Positions 53,823 to 64,000 of a DNA stretch of 64,000 nt are shown piece after piece. The position numbers were made by a program, and so were the translations under genes. The notes under the pieces are model-generated. The model ran no database searches, was not told where the DNA came from, and was given only the letters and a program-made list of their open reading frames with translations. Each line of letters begins with the position of its first letter. Position 1 is the first letter of the stretch. This DNA is from Escherichia coli (GTDB lineage: Bacteria > Pseudomonadota > Gammaproteobacteria > Enterobacterales > Enterobacteriaceae): NCBI RefSeq assembly GCF_024223415.1, contig NZ_CP100500.1; one strand, 5' to 3'.

Positions 53823-54962
53823 ATGATGAAATCCAAAATGAAATTGATGCCATTATTGGTGTCAGTAACCTTGATAAGCGGTTGCACAGTACTTCCGGGC
53901 AGCAATATGTCGACGATGGGCAAAGACGTCATCAAACAGCAGGACGCTGATTTCGATCTCGACAAAATGGTGAATGTTTATCCGCTGACCCCGCGCCTGA
54001 TTGACCAATTACGCCCACGCCCGAATGTAGCGCGCCCCAATATGACGCTGGAAAGTGAGATCGCGAATTACCAGTATCGCGTCGGGCCGGGCGACGTTCT
54101 GAATGTCACCGTCTGGGATCACCCGGAACTCACCACGCCAGCCGGTCAGTACCGCAGCTCCAGCGACACCGGCAACTGGGTACAGCCTGACGGCACTATG
54201 TTTTACCCGTATATCGGCAAGGTCCACGTAGTCGGGAAAACGCTCGCTGAAATCCGCAGTGATATTACCGGGCGCTTAGCGACGTACATCGTTGACCCGC
54301 AGGTGGATGTTAATATCGCCGCCTTCCGCTCGCAAAAGGCCTATATCTCAGGTCAGGTGAATAAATCCGGTCAACAGGCGATCACCAACGTACCACTGAC
54401 CATTCTCGACGCCATCAACGCCGCAGGTGGCCTGACCGACACCGCTGACTGGCGCAACGTGGTGCTAACACACAATGGTCGTGAAGAACGCATTTCTTTG
54501 CAGGCGCTGATGCAAAACGGCGACCTCAATCAGAACCGACTGCTTTACCCCGGCGATATTCTCTACGTGCCGCGTAATGATGATCTGAAAGTGTTTGTGA
54601 TGGGTGAAGTGAAGAAACAGAGCACCCTGAAAATGGACTTTAGCGGCATGACCCTGACTGAAGCCCTGGGCAATGCCGAAGGTATCGACATGACCACCTC
54701 CAACGCCAGCGGCATCTTTGTCATTCGTCCGCTGAAAGGCGAGGGCGGGCGTAACGGCAAGATTGCCAATATCTACCAGCTGGATATGTCCGATGCCACG
54801 TCGCTGGTGATGGCGACAGAATTCCGCCTGCAACCTTATGACGTGGTGTATGTCACCACCGCCCCGGTTTCCCGCTGGAACCGTCTGATCAATCAGTTGC
54901 TGCCAACTATTAGCGGTGTCCGTTACATGACGGATACAGCCAGCGACATTCATAACTGGTAA
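53823..54962 (+). CDS. wza: outer-membrane polysaccharide export lipoprotein
   Basis: 379 aa; lipobox ISGC. Confidence 0.95.
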   Translation: MMKSKMKLMPLLVSVTLISGCTVLPGSNMSTMGKDVIKQQDADFDLDKMVNVYPLTPRLIDQLRPRPNVARPNMTLESEIANYQYRVGPGDVLNVTVWDHPELTTPAGQYRSSSDTGNWVQPDGTMFYPYIGKVHVVGKTLAEIRSDITGRLATYIVDPQVDVNIAAFRSQKAYISGQVNKSGQQAITNVPLTILDAINAAGGLTDTADWRNVVLTHNGREERISLQALMQNGDLNQNRLLYPGDILYVPRNDDLKVFVMGEVKKQSTLKMDFSGMTLTEALGNAEGIDMTTSNASGIFVIRPLKGEGGRNGKIANIYQLDMSDATSLVMATEFRLQPYDVVYVTTAPVSRWNRLINQLLPTISGVRYMTDTASDIHNW

Positions 54963-54967
54963 TCGTC

Positions 54968-55411
54968 ATGTTTAACAACATCTTAGTTGTCTGTGTCGGC
55001 AATATTTGCCGTTCCCCGACGGCGGAACGCTTACTGCAACGTTATCACCCGGAGCTGAAAGTGGAGTCCGCTGGACTCGGCGCGCTGGTCGGTAAGGGCG
55101 CTGATCCTACCGCTATCAGCGTCGCCGCAGAACATCAACTGTCTCTGGAAGGTCACTGTGCCCGTCAAATCAGCCGCCGTCTGTGTCGCAACTACGACCT
55201 GATTTTGACCATGGAAAAGCGCCATATCGAACGCTTATGCGAGATGGCACCGGAGATGCGCGGCAAAGTGATGCTGTTTGGTCACTGGGATAACGAATGT
55301 GAAATCCCCGATCCGTATCGCAAAAGCCGGGAAACGTTTGCAGCGGTGTACACATTACTTGAACGGTCTGCCCGCCAGTGGGCGCAGGCATTGAACGCAG
55401 AGCAGGTATAA
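54968..55411 (+). CDS. wzb: low-molecular-weight protein-tyrosine phosphatase
   Basis: 147 aa; CVGNICRS P-loop. Confidence 0.95.
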   Translation: MFNNILVVCVGNICRSPTAERLLQRYHPELKVESAGLGALVGKGADPTAISVAAEHQLSLEGHCARQISRRLCRNYDLILTMEKRHIERLCEMAPEMRGKVMLFGHWDNECEIPDPYRKSRETFAAVYTLLERSARQWAQALNAEQV

Positions 55412-55413
55412 GA

Positions 55414-57576
55414 ATGACAGAAAAAGTAAAACAACATGCCGCTCCGGTAACGGGCAGTGATGAAATCGATATTGGTCGCCTGGTCGGCACCGTCATTGAA
55501 GCGCGCTGGTGGGTGATTGGCATCACCACCGTATTCGCCCTCTGTGCCGTGGTTTACACCTTCTTCGCCACGCCGATTTATAGTGCCGACGCACTGGTAC
55601 AAATCGAGCAAAACAGCGGCAATTCGTTAGTGCAGGACATTGGTTCGGCATTAGCCAACAAACCGCCTGCATCGGACGCCGAGATCCAGTTGATTCGTTC
55701 GCGTCTGGTGCTTGGTAAAACGGTGGACGATCTCGACCTCGATATTGCAGTGAGCAAAAACACGTTCCCGATTTTCGGTGCGGGCTGGGATCGCCTGATG
55801 GGACGTCAGAACGAGACGGTGAAAGTGACCACCTTTAACCGCCCGAAAGAGATGGCGGATCAGGTGTTTACGCTTAATGTGCTGGACAACAAAAACTACA
55901 CCCTGAGCAGCGACGGCGGCTTTAGCGCCCGGGGGCAAGCGGGCCAGATGCTGAAAAAAGAAGGCGTCACGCTGATGGTTGAAGCCATTCACGCCAGCCC
56001 GGGCAGTGAGTTTACCGTCACCAAATACTCCACGCTGGGGATGATCAACCAACTGCAAAACAGCCTGACGGTAACGGAGAACGGCAAAGACGCTGGCGTT
56101 TTGAGCCTGACTTATACCGGTGAAGATCGTGAACAGATCCGCGACATTCTTAACAGCATCGCCCGTAACTATCAGGAACAAAATATTGAGCGCAAATCGG
56201 CGGAAGCGTCGAAAAGCCTCGCCTTCCTCGCGCAACAGTTACCGGAAGTACGTAGCCGCTTGGATGTTGCCGAAAACAAACTGAATGCCTTCCGTCAGGA
56301 TAAAGATTCTGTTGATCTGCCGCTGGAAGCAAAAGCGGTGCTCGATTCGATGGTGAACATCGATGCGCAGTTGAACGAACTGACCTTTAAAGAGGCGGAA
56401 ATCTCCAAGCTGTACACCAAAGTTCACCCGGCGTACCGCACGCTGCTGGAGAAACGTCAGGCGCTGGAAGACGAAAAAGCCAAACTTAACGGTCGCGTAA
56501 CGGCGATGCCGAAAACCCAGCAGGAGATTGTCCGTCTGACCCGCGATGTCGAGTCTGGTCAGCAGGTCTATATGCAACTGCTGAATAAAGAGCAGGAGCT
56601 GAAAATCACCGAGGCCAGCACCGTCGGCGATGTGCGCATTGTTGACCCGGCAATCACTCAGCCTGGCGTGCTGAAACCGAAGAAAGGGCTGATTATCCTT
56701 GGGGCGATTATTCTTGGCCTGATGCTCTCTATCGTGGGTGTGCTGCTGCGCTCGTTGTTTAATCGTGGCATCGAAAGCCCGCAGGTGCTGGAAGAACACG
56801 GTATCAGCGTCTATGCCAGCATCCCGTTGTCGGAATGGCAGAAAGCGCGCGATAGCGTCAAAACCATCAAAGGAGTTAAACGCTATAAACAGAGCCAGCT
56901 ACTGGCGGTGGGGAATCCAACCGATCTGGCGATTGAAGCCATCCGCAGTCTTCGTACCAGTTTGCACTTCGCGATGATGCAGGCGCAGAACAATGTGTTG
57001 ATGATGACCGGGGTTAGCCCGTCAATCGGTAAAACCTTTGTCTGCGCCAACCTGGCGGCGGTGATCAGCCAGACCAATAAACGGGTGTTGTTGATCGACT
57101 GCGATATGCGCAAAGGCTACACCCACGAGCTGTTGGGCACCAATAACGTCAATGGCCTGTCGGAAATTCTGATTGGTCAGGGCGATATTACTACCGCTGC
57201 TAAACCCACTTCGATTGCCAAATTTGACCTGATCCCGCGCGGTCAGGTACCGCCAAATCCTTCTGAACTGTTGATGAGCGAACGCTTTGCCGAACTGGTG
57301 AACTGGGCGAGTAAAAACTACGACCTGGTGTTGATTGATACGCCGCCGATTCTGGCAGTGACCGATGCGGCAATTGTTGGTCGTCATGTCGGAACCACGT
57401 TAATGGTGGCGCGTTATGCGGTCAACACATTGAAAGAAGTGGAAACCAGTCTGAGCCGCTTTGAGCAAAATGGTATTCCGGTGAAAGGGGTGATTCTGAA
57501 CTCCATCTTCCGCCGCGCCAGCGCGTATCAGGATTATGGCTATTACGAATACGAATATAAGTCGGATGCGAAATAA
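55414..57576 (+). CDS. wzc: tyrosine autokinase / polysaccharide co-polymerase
   Basis: Start MTEKVKQHAAP (720 aa); Walker A and C-terminal Tyr-rich tail YYEYEY. Confidence 0.95.
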   Translation: MTEKVKQHAAPVTGSDEIDIGRLVGTVIEARWWVIGITTVFALCAVVYTFFATPIYSADALVQIEQNSGNSLVQDIGSALANKPPASDAEIQLIRSRLVLGKTVDDLDLDIAVSKNTFPIFGAGWDRLMGRQNETVKVTTFNRPKEMADQVFTLNVLDNKNYTLSSDGGFSARGQAGQMLKKEGVTLMVEAIHASPGSEFTVTKYSTLGMINQLQNSLTVTENGKDAGVLSLTYTGEDREQIRDILNSIARNYQEQNIERKSAEASKSLAFLAQQLPEVRSRLDVAENKLNAFRQDKDSVDLPLEAKAVLDSMVNIDAQLNELTFKEAEISKLYTKVHPAYRTLLEKRQALEDEKAKLNGRVTAMPKTQQEIVRLTRDVESGQQVYMQLLNKEQELKITEASTVGDVRIVDPAITQPGVLKPKKGLIILGAIILGLMLSIVGVLLRSLFNRGIESPQVLEEHGISVYASIPLSEWQKARDSVKTIKGVKRYKQSQLLAVGNPTDLAIEAIRSLRTSLHFAMMQAQNNVLMMTGVSPSIGKTFVCANLAAVISQTNKRVLLIDCDMRKGYTHELLGTNNVNGLSEILIGQGDITTAAKPTSIAKFDLIPRGQVPPNPSELLMSERFAELVNWASKNYDLVLIDTPPILAVTDAAIVGRHVGTTLMVARYAVNTLKEVETSLSRFEQNGIPVKGVILNSIFRRASAYQDYGYYEYEYKSDAK

Positions 57577-57597
57577 CGACGCCTGCATTCGCACCGC

Positions 57598-57636
57598 CCC
57601 GTAGGCCGGATAAGGCGCTCACGCCGCATCCGGCAA
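57598..57636. repeat. REP element
   Basis: GCCGGATAAGGCG ... CGCATCCGGC palindrome. Confidence 0.65.
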
Positions 57637-57668
57637 GTAAACCAGCTCATAAGCCGGGAGTACAACCT

Positions 57669-58508
57669 ATGAAAGACAATCCGCTGATCTCAATCTATAT
57701 GCCAACCTGGAACCGCCAACAACTGGCGATTCGGGCAATAAAATCGGTTTTGCGCCAGGACTACAGCAACTGGGAGATGATCATCGTGGATGATTGCTCC
57801 ACCTCCTGGGAACAACTGCAACAGTACGTCACCACCCTCAACGATCCGCGTATCACTTACATTCACAACGACATTAACAGCGGGGCGTGCGCGGTACGTA
57901 ACCAGGCGATTATGCTGGCGCAAGGGGAATACATCACCGGGATCGATGATGATGATGAATGGACACCCAACCGTCTGAGCGTCTTCCTCGCCCATAAACA
58001 GCAACTGGTCACTCACGCCTTTTTGTACGCTAACGACTACGTTTGCCAGGGCGAAGTCTATTCCCAACCAGCAAGTTTGCCGCTGTATCCCAAATCGCCG
58101 TATTCACGCCGCCTGTTCTATAAACGCAATATCATTGGCAATCAGGTCTTTACCTGGGCGTGGCGTTTCAAAGAGTGTTTGTTCGATACCGAACTGAAAG
58201 CGGCACAGGATTACGACATCTTCCTGCGGATGGTGGTGGAGTATGGCGAACCGTGGAAAGTGGAAGAGGCGACGCAGATCCTGCATATCAATCACGGTGA
58301 AATGCAGATCACCTCGTCACCGAAAAAATTCTCCGGATACTTCCACTTTTACCGCAAGCACAAAGACAAATTCGACCGCGCCAGCAAAAAATATCAGCTG
58401 TTTACCCTCTACCAGATCCGCAATAAACGCATGACCTGGCGCACTTTGCTGACGCTGCTGTCGGTGCGTAACGGCAAACGTCTGGCTGATGGTATTCGGG
58501 GGCGCTAA
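57669..58508 (+). CDS. wcaA: colanic acid glycosyltransferase (GT2)
   Basis: 279 aa, operon position. Confidence 0.9.
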   Translation: MKDNPLISIYMPTWNRQQLAIRAIKSVLRQDYSNWEMIIVDDCSTSWEQLQQYVTTLNDPRITYIHNDINSGACAVRNQAIMLAQGEYITGIDDDDEWTPNRLSVFLAHKQQLVTHAFLYANDYVCQGEVYSQPASLPLYPKSPYSRRLFYKRNIIGNQVFTWAWRFKECLFDTELKAAQDYDIFLRMVVEYGEPWKVEEATQILHINHGEMQITSSPKKFSGYFHFYRKHKDKFDRASKKYQLFTLYQIRNKRMTWRTLLTLLSVRNGKRLADGIRGR

Positions 58509-58510
58509 AG

Positions 58511-58999
58511 ATGCTGGAAGATCTGCGCGCCAACAGCTGGAGTTTACGCCCGTGCTGCATGGTTCTTGCCTATCGCGTCGCTCATTTTTGTTCGGTGTGG
58601 CGCAAAAAGAACGTCCTCAACAATCTGTGGGCGGCCCCGCTGCTGGTGCTGTATCGCATTATCACCGAATGCTTTTTCGGTTATGAAATCCAGGCTGCCG
58701 CGACCATTGGCCGCCGCTTTACTATCCATCACGGTTACGCCGTAGTGATCAATAAAAACGTGGTAGCGGGGGATGATTTTACCATTCGCCACGGCGTCAC
58801 TATCGGCAATCGTGGTGCCGATAACATGGCATGTCCACACATTGGCAACGGCGTCGAACTCGGTGCCAACGTCATTATTCTTGGTGATATCACGCTTGGT
58901 AACAACGTCACCGTGGGCGCGGGTAGCGTGGTGCTCGACTCTGTCCCGGACAACGCGCTGGTGGTGGGAGAAAAAGCGCGAGTGAAGGTAATTAAATGA
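58511..58999 (+). CDS. wcaB: colanic acid acetyltransferase (hexapeptide repeat)
   Basis: 162 aa left-handed beta-helix repeats. Confidence 0.9.
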   Translation: MLEDLRANSWSLRPCCMVLAYRVAHFCSVWRKKNVLNNLWAAPLLVLYRIITECFFGYEIQAAATIGRRFTIHHGYAVVINKNVVAGDDFTIRHGVTIGNRGADNMACPHIGNGVELGANVIILGDITLGNNVTVGAGSVVLDSVPDNALVVGEKARVKVIK

Positions 59000-60213
59000 A
59001 TATTTTGCAATTTAATGTGCGACTGGCGGAAGGCGGGGCAGCAGGTGTGGCGTTAGATCTCCACCAGCGTGCGCTGCAACAGGGGCTGGCGTCACATTTT
59101 GTCTACGGTTACGGCAAAGGCGGCAAAGAGAGTGTCAGCCATCAAAACTATCCGCAGGTCATCAAACATACGCCGCGGATGACTGCAATGGCGAATATTG
59201 CCCTGTTTCGTCTGTTTAATCGCGATCTGTTTGGCAATTTCAATGAGTTATATTGCACCATTACTCGTACACCGGGTCCGGTGGTCCTGCATTTTCATGT
59301 GCTGCACAGCTACTGGCTAAATCTTAAGAGCGTGGTGCGCTTTTGCGAAAAGGTGAAAAACCACAAACCGGATGTCACTCTGGTCTGGACGCTGCACGAC
59401 CACTGGAGTGTAACCGGACGCTGCGCCTTTACCGACGGTTGCGAAGGCTGGAAAACGGGCTGCCAGAAATGCCCGACCTTAAATAACTATCCGCCGGTGA
59501 AGATTGATCGGGCGCACCTGCTGGTGGCGGGCAAACGCCAGTTATTCCGTGAGATGCTGGCGCTGGGCTGTCAGTTTATTTCCCCCAGCCAGCATGTGGC
59601 TGACGCTTTCAATAGCCTGTACGGTCCAGGGCGTTGCCGGATTATCAATAACGGTATTGATATGGCAACCGAAGCGATTCTGGCGGATCTGCCTCCGGTG
59701 CGCGAAACTCAGGGCAAGCCGAAAATCGCGGTGGTGGCGCATGACCTGCGTTACGACGGCAAGACTAACCAGCAACTGGTGCGTGAGATGATGGCGCTGG
59801 GCGACAAAATTGAACTGTATACCTTTGGTAAGTTCTCGCCGTTCACCGCTGGCAACGTGGTTAATCACGGCTTTGAAACTGACAAGCGCAAGTTGATGAG
59901 CGCGCTCAATCAGATGGATGCGCTGGTGTTCAGTTCTCGCGTCGATAACTACCCGCTGATTTTGTGTGAGGCGTTATCAATTGGCGTGCCGGTGATTGCC
60001 ACCCATAGCGACGCGGCGCGTGAAGTGTTGCAAAAATCCGGCGGTAAAACCGTCAGCGAAGAAGACGTGCTGCAACTGGTCCAGTTAAGCAAACCGGAAA
60101 TCGCGCAGGCGATATTTGGTACCACGCTGGCTGAGTTCAGCCAACGCAGCCGCGCGGCCTACAGTGGACAACAGATGCTGGAGGAGTATGTCAACTTCTA
60201 TCAGAATCTGTAG
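58996..60213 (+). CDS. wcaC: colanic acid glycosyltransferase (GT1)
   Basis: 405 aa. Confidence 0.9.
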   Translation: MNILQFNVRLAEGGAAGVALDLHQRALQQGLASHFVYGYGKGGKESVSHQNYPQVIKHTPRMTAMANIALFRLFNRDLFGNFNELYCTITRTPGPVVLHFHVLHSYWLNLKSVVRFCEKVKNHKPDVTLVWTLHDHWSVTGRCAFTDGCEGWKTGCQKCPTLNNYPPVKIDRAHLLVAGKRQLFREMLALGCQFISPSQHVADAFNSLYGPGRCRIINNGIDMATEAILADLPPVRETQGKPKIAVVAHDLRYDGKTNQQLVREMMALGDKIELYTFGKFSPFTAGNVVNHGFETDKRKLMSALNQMDALVFSSRVDNYPLILCEALSIGVPVIATHSDAAREVLQKSGGKTVSEEDVLQLVQLSKPEIAQAIFGTTLAEFSQRSRAAYSGQQMLEEYVNFYQNL

Positions 60214-61405
60214 CTACCTGCTGCTGCCGCTGATCTACCTGCTGGTTAACGTCAAAATCGCCCAGCTTGGCGAAAGTTTTCCCATCACCATCGTCACTTT
60301 TTTACCTGTCTTGTTACTGCTGTTTTTAGAACGCATCAGCGTTAAAAAATTGATGATTGCCTTAGGGATTGGCGCGGGACTCACGGCGTTTAACTACCTG
60401 TTTGGTCAGTCGTTGGATGCCAGTAAATACGTCACTTCAACCATGCTGTTTGTCTATATTGTGATCATTATTGGCATGGTGTGGAGTATTCGCTTTAAAA
60501 CGATTTCGCCACACAACCATCGTAAGATATTACGTTTCTTTTATCTGGTGGTCGGGCTGGTGGTGGCGCTGGCGGCGGTGGAGATGGCGCAAATTATCCT
60601 CACCGGTGGCAGCAGTATTATGGAGTCGATTTCGAAATATCTGATTTACAGCAATAGCTATGTGCTGAATTTCATCAAATTCGGCGGCAAGCGCACGACA
60701 GCACTTTATTTCGAACCGGCATTTTTCGCTCTGGCATTAATCTCAATTTGGCTCAGCATCAAACAGTTTGGTATCAAAACGCCTAAAACCGATGCTATGA
60801 TTCTCGCAGGGATAATATTATCCGGATCGTTTTCAGGGGTTATGACCTTTATCCTGTTTTATTTGCTGGAGTGGGCATTTCAATATCTGAATAAAGAGGC
60901 GATTAAGAAAAAGTTACCGTTAGCATTGATTTCTCTGGCTGTATTCCTGGTTGGTGTGGTAATCGCGTTTCCTTATATTTCCACCCGTCTGGGCGATTTA
61001 GGTACGGAAGGATCGTCATCGTATTATCGTATTGTCGGTCCGCTGGTGATGGTCGGTTATTCTTTGACCCATATTGACGGTGTAGTCAGATTTGGCTCAC
61101 TTTATGAATATGTTGCATCATTCGGAATATTTAACGGTGCGGATGTCGGAAAAACCATAGACAATGGTTTGTATCTGCTGATTATTTATTTTTCCTGGTT
61201 CGCGGTGTTTTTATCGCTGTGGTACATGGGGAAAGTGATAAAAATGATGATCAACGCTTTTGGTGATAACCGCAATTTTCGCGTGCAATTATATCTTTTT
61301 ACTCCGGTATCGCTGTTTTTTACCGGTTCGATATTTAGCCCGGAATATGCATTTTTAATCGTCTGTCCGTTTATTTTTCGAAAAGCGTTAAATATTACGA
61401 GGTAA
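60188..61405 (+). CDS. wcaD: colanic acid polymerase
   Basis: Start at [19 protein letters not shown]; polytopic membrane protein. Confidence 0.85.
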   Translation: MSTSIRICSYLLLPLIYLLVNVKIAQLGESFPITIVTFLPVLLLLFLERISVKKLMIALGIGAGLTAFNYLFGQSLDASKYVTSTMLFVYIVIIIGMVWSIRFKTISPHNHRKILRFFYLVVGLVVALAAVEMAQIILTGGSSIMESISKYLIYSNSYVLNFIKFGGKRTTALYFEPAFFALALISIWLSIKQFGIKTPKTDAMILAGIILSGSFSGVMTFILFYLLEWAFQYLNKEAIKKKLPLALISLAVFLVGVVIAFPYISTRLGDLGTEGSSSYYRIVGPLVMVGYSLTHIDGVVRFGSLYEYVASFGIFNGADVGKTIDNGLYLLIIYFSWFAVFLSLWYMGKVIKMMINAFGDNRNFRVQLYLFTPVSLFFTGSIFSPEYAFLIVCPFIFRKALNITR

Positions 61406-61415
61406 GAATAAGAAC

Positions 61416-62162
61416 ATGTTGCTTAGCATAATCACTGTCGCGTTTCGTAACCTCGAAGGGATAGTCAAAACACATGCCTCGCTGGCGCATCTGGCGCAGG
61501 CGGACGATATCAGCCTCGAATGGATTGTTGTCGATGGCGGTTCCAACGACGGTACCCGTGAGTATCTGGAAAATCTCAATGGTATCTATAATCTACGCTT
61601 TGTCAGCGAGCCAGATAACGGTATCTACGACGCCATGAACAAAGGCATTGCGATGGCACAAGGCAAGTTCGCGTTGTTTCTCAACTCGGGCGATATTTTT
61701 CATCAGGATGCCGCAAATTTTGTCCGTAAGTTAAAAATGCAAAAAGATAACGTGATGATCACCGGCGATGCGCTGCTGGATTTTGGCGACGGGCATAAAA
61801 TTAAGCGTAGCGCCAAACCGGGTTGGTATATTTATCACAGCCTGCCCGCCAGTCATCAGGCGATATTTTTCCCGGTATCCGGCTTGAAGAAATGGCGTTA
61901 TGACCTGGAATATAAAGTTTCTTCCGACTACGCGCTGGCGGCCAAAATGTATAAAGCCGGTTATGCATTTAAAAAACTCAATGGCCTGGTGTCTGAATTT
62001 TCCATGGGTGGGGTATCTACCACCAATAATATGGAATTGTGTGCTGACGCGAAAAAAGTCCAACGGCAAATATTACATGTGCCTGGCTTTTGGGCTGAAT
62101 TATCCTGGCATTTACGCCAACGTACTACCTCAAAGACGAAAGCCTTATATAACAAAAGCTGA
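61416..62162 (+). CDS. wcaE: colanic acid glycosyltransferase (GT2)
   Basis: 248 aa. Confidence 0.9.
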   Translation: MLLSIITVAFRNLEGIVKTHASLAHLAQADDISLEWIVVDGGSNDGTREYLENLNGIYNLRFVSEPDNGIYDAMNKGIAMAQGKFALFLNSGDIFHQDAANFVRKLKMQKDNVMITGDALLDFGDGHKIKRSAKPGWYIYHSLPASHQAIFFPVSGLKKWRYDLEYKVSSDYALAAKMYKAGYAFKKLNGLVSEFSMGGVSTTNNMELCADAKKVQRQILHVPGFWAELSWHLRQRTTSKTKALYNKS

Positions 62163-62177
62163 ATATAAGGGAAAACG

Positions 62178-62726
62178 ATGCAAGATTTAAGCGGTTTCTC
62201 GGTGCCGAAAGGGTTCCGGGGTGGCAACGCTATTAAAGTGCAATTGTGGTGGGCAGTACAGGCAACATTATTTGCCTGGTCGCCACAAGTATTGTATCGC
62301 TGGCGGGCATTTTTATTACGTTTATTCGGGGCAAAAATAGGAAAAAACGTAGTTATTCGTCCGTCAGTAAAAATTACCTATCCGTGGAAATTAAACTTAG
62401 GTGATTACGCGTGGGTCGGCGATGAGGTCAATTTATATACCCTCGGTGAAATAACCATTGGCGCACATTCGGTGATATCGCAAAAAAGTTATTTATGCAC
62501 CGGGAGCCACGACCATGCAAGTCAACATTTCACCATTAACGCCACGCCTATTGTGATTGGCGAGAAATGCTGGCTGGCAACCGATGTCTTTGTTGCCCCA
62601 GGCGTCACAATCGGCGACGGCACCGTCGTGGGTGCACGAAGCAGTGTTTTTAAATCGCTTCCGGCAAATGTGGTTTGCCGGGGGAATCCCGCAGTGGTGA
62701 TACGCGAACGCGTTGAAACTGAATAA
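62178..62726 (+). CDS. wcaF: colanic acid acetyltransferase (hexapeptide repeat)
   Basis: 182 aa. Confidence 0.9.
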   Translation: MQDLSGFSVPKGFRGGNAIKVQLWWAVQATLFAWSPQVLYRWRAFLLRLFGAKIGKNVVIRPSVKITYPWKLNLGDYAWVGDEVNLYTLGEITIGAHSVISQKSYLCTGSHDHASQHFTINATPIVIGEKCWLATDVFVAPGVTIGDGTVVGARSSVFKSLPANVVCRGNPAVVIRERVETE

Positions 62727-62752
62727 ATTCAAAAAATACAGAGGAATAAGAC

Positions 62753-63874
62753 ATGTCAAAAGTCGCTCTCATCACCGGTGTAACCGGACAAGACGGTTCT
62801 TACCTGGCAGAGTTTCTGCTGGAAAAAGGTTACGAGGTGCATGGTATTAAGCGTCGCGCATCGTCATTCAACACCGAACGCGTGGATCACATTTATCAGG
62901 ATCCGCACACCTGCAACCCGAAATTCCATCTGCATTATGGCGACCTGAGTGATACCTCCAACCTGACGCGCATTTTGCGTGAAGTGCAGCCGGATGAAGT
63001 CTACAACCTGGGCGCAATGAGCCACGTTGCGGTTTCTTTTGAGTCACCGGAATATACCGCTGACGTCGACGCGATGGGTACGCTGCGCCTGCTCGAGGCG
63101 ATCCGCTTCCTCGGTCTGGAAAAGAAAACCCGTTTCTATCAGGCTTCCACCTCTGAACTGTATGGTCTGGTGCAGGAAATTCCGCAGAAAGAAACCACGC
63201 CGTTCTACCCGCGATCTCCGTATGCGGTCGCCAAACTGTACGCCTACTGGATCACCGTTAACTACCGCGAATCCTACGGCATGTACGCCTGCAACGGTAT
63301 TCTCTTCAACCATGAATCCCCGCGCCGTGGCGAAACCTTCGTTACCCGCAAAATTACCCGCGCAATCGCCAACATCGCCCAGGGGCTGGAGTCGTGCCTG
63401 TACCTCGGCAATATGGATTCCCTGCGTGACTGGGGCCATGCCAAAGACTACGTAAAAATGCAGTGGATGATGCTGCAACAGGAACAGCCAGAAGATTTCG
63501 TTATCGCGACCGGCGTTCAGTACTCCGTACGTCAGTTCGTGGAAATGGCGGCGGCACAGCTGGGCATCAAACTGCGCTTTGAAGGCACGGGCGTTGAAGA
63601 GAAGGGCATTGTGGTTTCCGTCACCGGACATGACGCGCCGGGCGTTAAACCGGGTGATGTGATTATCGCCGTTGACCCGCGTTACTTCCGTCCGGCTGAA
63701 GTTGAAACGCTGCTCGGCGACCCGACCAAAGCGCACGAAAAACTGGGCTGGAAACCAGAAATCACCCTCAGAGAGATGGTGTCTGAAATGGTGGCTAATG
63801 ACCTCGAAGCGGCGAAAAAACACTCTCTGCTGAAATCTCACGGCTACGACGTGGCGATCGCGCTGGAGTCATAA
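62753..63874 (+). CDS. gmd: GDP-mannose 4,6-dehydratase
   Basis: 373 aa; SDR Rossmann motif [10 protein letters not shown]. Confidence 0.95.
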
Positions 63875-63876
63875 GC

Positions 63877-64000
63877 ATGAGTAGACAACGCATTTTTATT
63901 GCTGGCCATCGTGGGATGGTCGGTTCTGCCATCAGGCGGCAGCTCGAACAGCGCGGTGATGTGGAACTGGTATTACGCACCCGCGACGAGCTGAACCTGC
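63877..64000 (+). CDS. fcl: GDP-L-fucose synthase, 5' partial (runs off window end)
   Basis: MSRQRIFIAGHRGMVGSAIRRQLEQRGDVELVLRTRDELNL matches Fcl N-terminus. Confidence 0.9.
   Translation, partial: MSRQRIFIAGHRGMVGSAIRRQLEQRGDVELVLRTRDELNL

Overview
This window is an Escherichia coli-type chromosomal segment with a mobile insertion at its left end. Positions ~1-7950 carry a compact phage-satellite-like element. The remainder is the conserved thiMD - yegXWVUT - fbaB - gatYZABCD/gatR - yegS/yegR/yegQ/yegP - baeSR/mdtABCD - ibs/sib - yegLKI - yegD - alkA - dgcE(yegE) - udk - dcd - asmA - yegH - colanic acid (wza-wzb-wzc-wcaABCDEF-gmd-fcl) region, in reverse orientation relative to my recollection of K-12. 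The satellite-like element is the most interesting part. It encodes a P4-family primase/helicase followed by an iteron cluster, an SSB-like protein, a PerC-like regulator, homologues of lambda major capsid gpE and decoration protein gpD (in E-then-D order), and a Nu1-like small terminase. The small terminase gene is flanked by two lambda-type cos sites in inverted orientation. No integrase, portal, protease or large terminase is visible in the window. The element abuts thiM inside the TPP riboswitch, whose 5' half appears replaced. Other notable points are three tandem ibs/sib type I toxin-antitoxin repeats (K-12, as I recall, has two here) and the vWA-PP2C-Ser/Thr kinase triad yegL-yegK-yegI. 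All homology calls are from reading the translations against remembered protein families; no database search was run. No rRNA, tRNA, CRISPR array or IS transposase was detected.
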